Origin: an uncultured Nitrospiraceae bacterium
GTDB lineage: Bacteria > Nitrospirota > Nitrospiria > Nitrospirales > Nitrospiraceae
Assembly (NCBI GenBank): GCA_963730935.1
Contig: CAVSTP010000004.1
Location: forward strand, 1,728,001 to 1,792,000
Length of the DNA stretch: 64,000 nt
Direction: 5' to 3'
Part shown: positions 61,035 to 64,000 of the stretch, one piece after another
Layout of the letters: each line of letters begins with the position of its first letter
Position numbering within the stretch: position 1 is the first letter of the stretch
The notes under the pieces: model-generated
Told to the model about the DNA's origin: nothing
What the model saw: the letters and a program-made list of their open reading frames with translations, nothing else
The model's database searches: none
Translations under genes and position numbers: made by a program

Positions 61035-62429
61035 TTACTTGCCCTTTTCAATATCCTGCATGAGCCGTTGAAACTCCTTGTCGTGGAGAATGAGGCGGGA
61101 CGCGGCACCGATCAGACGGTCAATATGCTCATCGGTAAGATACAACGTGGTCGGAATCTTCATTAGCGACATTCGCTCGTCTGGATCGGCAATCGCTGCA
61201 AGGCTGGCATTAATGAAATAGATGTCGGCGTCGTCCGGGGCAAAAGGGCTGTCAGGATCCCGCTGCTTGGTACGCAGCTCTAGCTGCCATTTGGCTACGG
61301 CGATTTTCAGGAACTGGATCGTATCAAACGAATAGCGATTGATGGGCGCGTCAACCAGGGTGCTCATGGCCTTGGAAAGGGTCGGAATTTGATCACTCCG
61401 AAATTCCATCACGTCAGGGCTTGTCTCGGCGCTCACCGCCAGGATCACAAACTTCCGGACGTTCTTGACCTGCACGAACTTCAGTAATTGCTCGAACCCC
61501 CCTGCGGCGCCACTTTCCTCCATGATGCCACGGAGCGCGATATTGTCTGACATACCGCCATCGAGCAGATGGATATAGGGGCGCTTCTCACCATCAAGGT
61601 AGGACAGAAACTCGTTGGCTCGCTGGCCACCTACACCGCCCTTCTTTCTTTCTGGCTCTAGCCACGCCGGCGCCTGATAGCCGCAGTGGCCCGCATGATT
61701 CTTAAACGAAATGGGGCTCAGCACGAGGGGCAGCGCCGCGGACGACGCAGATGCCCAAGCGATCGGCAACTGGCTGAGGTCCGAGCAGATGAGATCGAAC
61801 TGGAATTGGTTAAACTCAAAGCGGGACAGTGTGGCCATGTCGGTAGCGTGGATGACAAGAAAAGGTCGCTGGTGTCGCGCCAGCAGGTCGGCATAGGTTT
61901 TCCGCTCAAACAGCGCTTCATCAAGCATTTCGGCCATGATATGCGCGCGGCCGAAATAGGGAGACCACAGCCGAATCCAATTGCTGGGCGACCGCAAGAT
62001 CCTCGATTTGAGTTCCGATTCCCAGTCCTTGCGTAAAAAACGGTGCTCGAAGTCATGAAAGATCTGATCACCATACAGAGCGTAGTAACCGGCGGTGAAG
62101 GTGCCTCCAGACAAGGCAAACATCGCATCCAGTTCGTCGAGTAACCGCTTCTTCTTACCTTCCCAGGTAATCTGTTGACGAGCCAGCTCACGCAACACTC
62201 CGAACGCTAGCGTGGAGGCGCGGGTCCCGCCGCCGGAGAAGGAGGCCATGATAAAGAGACCATCGGTGTTGTCGGCCTCGGGCGGGGCCAAATTGCTGAA
62301 CCGATAGCCGCCGGCGGGCTCCCACTGCTTCAAGGGTGCATTGAGAGTAGGTCGAACGTATTCGCATCCACAGAGTGTCATGACAAAAACAAGGAACCAC
62401 ACGCAAAGGCCAACCACATGATTTTTCAT
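61035..62429 (-). CDS. Patatin-like phospholipase lipoprotein
   Basis: LCGC lipobox, SGGGTRA oxyanion motif, ALSGG nucleophile, DGG. Confidence 0.88.
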   Translation of the reverse strand: MKNHVVGLCVWFLVFVMTLCGCEYVRPTLNAPLKQWEPAGGYRFSNLAPPEADNTDGLFIMASFSGGGTRASTLAFGVLRELARQQITWEGKKKRLLDELDAMFALSGGTFTAGYYALYGDQIFHDFEHRFLRKDWESELKSRILRSPSNWIRLWSPYFGRAHIMAEMLDEALFERKTYADLLARHQRPFLVIHATDMATLSRFEFNQFQFDLICSDLSQLPIAWASASSAALPLVLSPISFKNHAGHCGYQAPAWLEPERKKGGVGGQRANEFLSYLDGEKRPYIHLLDGGMSDNIALRGIMEESGAAGGFEQLLKFVQVKNVRKFVILAVSAETSPDVMEFRSDQIPTLSKAMSTLVDAPINRYSFDTIQFLKIAVAKWQLELRTKQRDPDSPFAPDDADIYFINASLAAIADPDERMSLMKIPTTLYLTDEHIDRLIGAASRLILHDKEFQRLMQDIEKGK

Positions 62430-62487
62430 CCGTCCCCCCGTGTCCTCATAGGCACATTTGGTGGCGGCGGCCGCTAGTCGGAATCCT

Positions 62488-63069
62488 TCACAGACCGAGC
62501 ATACCTTTCTGCAGGTCCTCTGAGGGTGGCTTCGGCCCCAGGAAGATAGAGAAGACGGCGTCGCCGAAGCCCTTCCCCGCGAAGACGCCCAGTTCCTTGC
62601 TCCCGACCTGCAGCGCTGTCCCCTTTGCCGGCAGATAGGTAAACGTCACTGTGTCCGCTTCCTTCACGTCGGGGATGAGCGCGAGCATCTTGTCAAACGC
62701 GGCCTTCTGGCCAGGCTTGTCCTTCGCATTCGCCTCGAAGCCTGCCCGCAAGGACTCTATTAGCTGCGCCTTCGTGAGGTCGCGCAGGAAATGCATGCGA
62801 ATGGCTTTCGCCTGGTCGGTCGCCAGGATCGCGCCTGCGTCCTTCGAGGGCGATTCGAGGTAGAGCCCACCCACGTAGACCTTGAACATGGCCTTTTTCC
62901 TGAGGCCCAAACCGTTCAGCTTCAGGGTCATCTCGCCGGACTTGAGCGTGTCAGGCAGCGTTGCACCTGCTAGTTCACCGGCCAGGGCGGCGGTATCGAG
63001 TATCGGCATGACCAACATAAGAATCGGAATGGCGGCGCGGCATAATGTTGTCACGATCCGGACGTTCAT
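62488..63069 (-). CDS. Chalcone isomerase-like (fatty-acid-binding fold) exported protein
   Basis: LKLNGLGLRKK..FKVYVGGLYL, IFLGPKPPSEDLQKGMLG; GAGGAGG RBS. Confidence 0.85.
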   Translation of the reverse strand: MNVRIVTTLCRAAIPILMLVMPILDTAALAGELAGATLPDTLKSGEMTLKLNGLGLRKKAMFKVYVGGLYLESPSKDAGAILATDQAKAIRMHFLRDLTKAQLIESLRAGFEANAKDKPGQKAAFDKMLALIPDVKEADTVTFTYLPAKGTALQVGSKELGVFAGKGFGDAVFSIFLGPKPPSEDLQKGMLGL

Positions 63070-63483
63070 GCTTCTGTCCTCCTCAAGATGGTGGGATGCT
63101 CGCCTTAGAGGCAGCGTTTGCGGTTGGCGATCACTATGATCCCCGAGGCGAATTGGACCGAGTCGCAACCCTGTGGCTAGCAAGGCGCCCAAACGCTACA
63201 AAGGCGAATGTTTTGAACTCGACGAGTGGTGCAGACTCACCCGTCTTTATCACCGCAACGTAAACATGCCAACTGTCAAAAATTACAGGCCGAAACGAGG
63301 GGTTGATGTGTGCCCGGTTTTTCACAGACTTTTCATTCACAGACTCTTCAATGGGGAAGAATCCCAGTAAAACCTCGGAAGGGGGATTGCAAGCAGCTCA
63401 AGAAAGAAGAAGCCTGATCGAGAACAGCAGCGCCCCGTCGTGAAAACATACCTGCGTACAGTGCCAGGTGCGCTGTCGTTAGG

Positions 63484-63864
63484 TTACCGTTTCAACGCCA
63501 TAAGTGACGACACGAAGAGCGTGCCGAGCACCGCATGGGCAATCCCTGTTCCCCAGAGCAAGAGACCTCCGAGGCCTAGTCCCGCCGCAGCCCAGATAAT
63601 GAGCACGGCTGCTAATACATTGTAAGAGGTCATCCCAAGGCTTACCGCCAGACCGCCAGAAGTCGCAGCAGCGTCGCGGGCTTTCAGGCAGGCCAGCCCC
63701 AGCGAGAATGCTCCCGCGCCGAAGAGTCGCGTTACAACCGGAGTCATCGCGTCTACCGGCCCCCCGAACAATATCGTGACCGCCGTTGTCGGGCTGAGCA
63801 GCGTCAGTATTCCTACGAGCGCTTCAAGACTACCGGACAGGGTCAACAAGAGTCTCAACGACAC
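63484..63864 (-). CDS. Four-TM hypothetical membrane protein
   Basis: Hydrophobic 126 aa ORF from GTG with GAGGAG RBS. Confidence 0.65.
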   Translation of the reverse strand: MSLRLLLTLSGSLEALVGILTLLSPTTAVTILFGGPVDAMTPVVTRLFGAGAFSLGLACLKARDAAATSGGLAVSLGMTSYNVLAAVLIIWAAAGLGLGGLLLWGTGIAHAVLGTLFVSSLMALKR

Positions 63865-64000
63865 CGGGCTCCTCTCTTCGAGATTACACGAGACACTTCC
63901 ATGATGCGTGAGCGCCCCGTCCCTCATCAAATCGGCGCTGGGTTTTATTCTGCCAGCGCCTTACGAACGGTGGCCTCGCGTAGGACCTGCTGCTCTGCTT

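Noticed and set aside
63321..63344. TTCACAGACT direct repeat upstream of the CHI-like gene
   Set aside because: Two copies only, with no identifiable regulator.

Overview
Bacterial chromosome segment; the gene content and gene families suggest Nitrospira/Nitrospirota (inference). The first ~17.8 kb is GC-rich core genome: YfhO-like membrane glycosyltransferase, TPR lipoprotein, dnaB, hisZ, serA, class V aminotransferase, MltD-like lytic transglycosylase, bioF, pilT/pilU, a cytochrome c and an FGE/SUMF1-domain protein. From ~17.9 kb to the end it is a mosaic accessory region. It holds a GGDEF protein, several orphan response regulators, hemerythrin plus a small metallothionein-like ORF, an ATP-grasp/alpha-E/Anbu operon, an FG-GAP beta-propeller lipoprotein and a LysE exporter. 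It also holds a very large, heavily frameshifted multicopper oxidase operon with an NtrC-type two-component system, a sigZ/arsI + arsR-acr3-arsC arsenic module, RidA, an SLT protein, a porin/KimA-like potassium module, DUF2130 and a FadL/patatin/chalcone-isomerase lipid module. The most striking unexplained structure is a dispersed ~125-135 bp direct repeat (5 full copies + 1 partial, all in the same orientation). It starts with a tRNA-Thr(CGT)-like anticodon-arm fragment, ends with a tandem TGGTAGCA motif resembling integrase arm sites, and is often preceded by a second repeat resembling a recombinase 3' end/tRNA-Glu end. These repeats separate the cargo modules like an att-delimited cassette array, yet no integrase lies in the window. 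No intact rRNA, tRNA or CRISPR array was seen.
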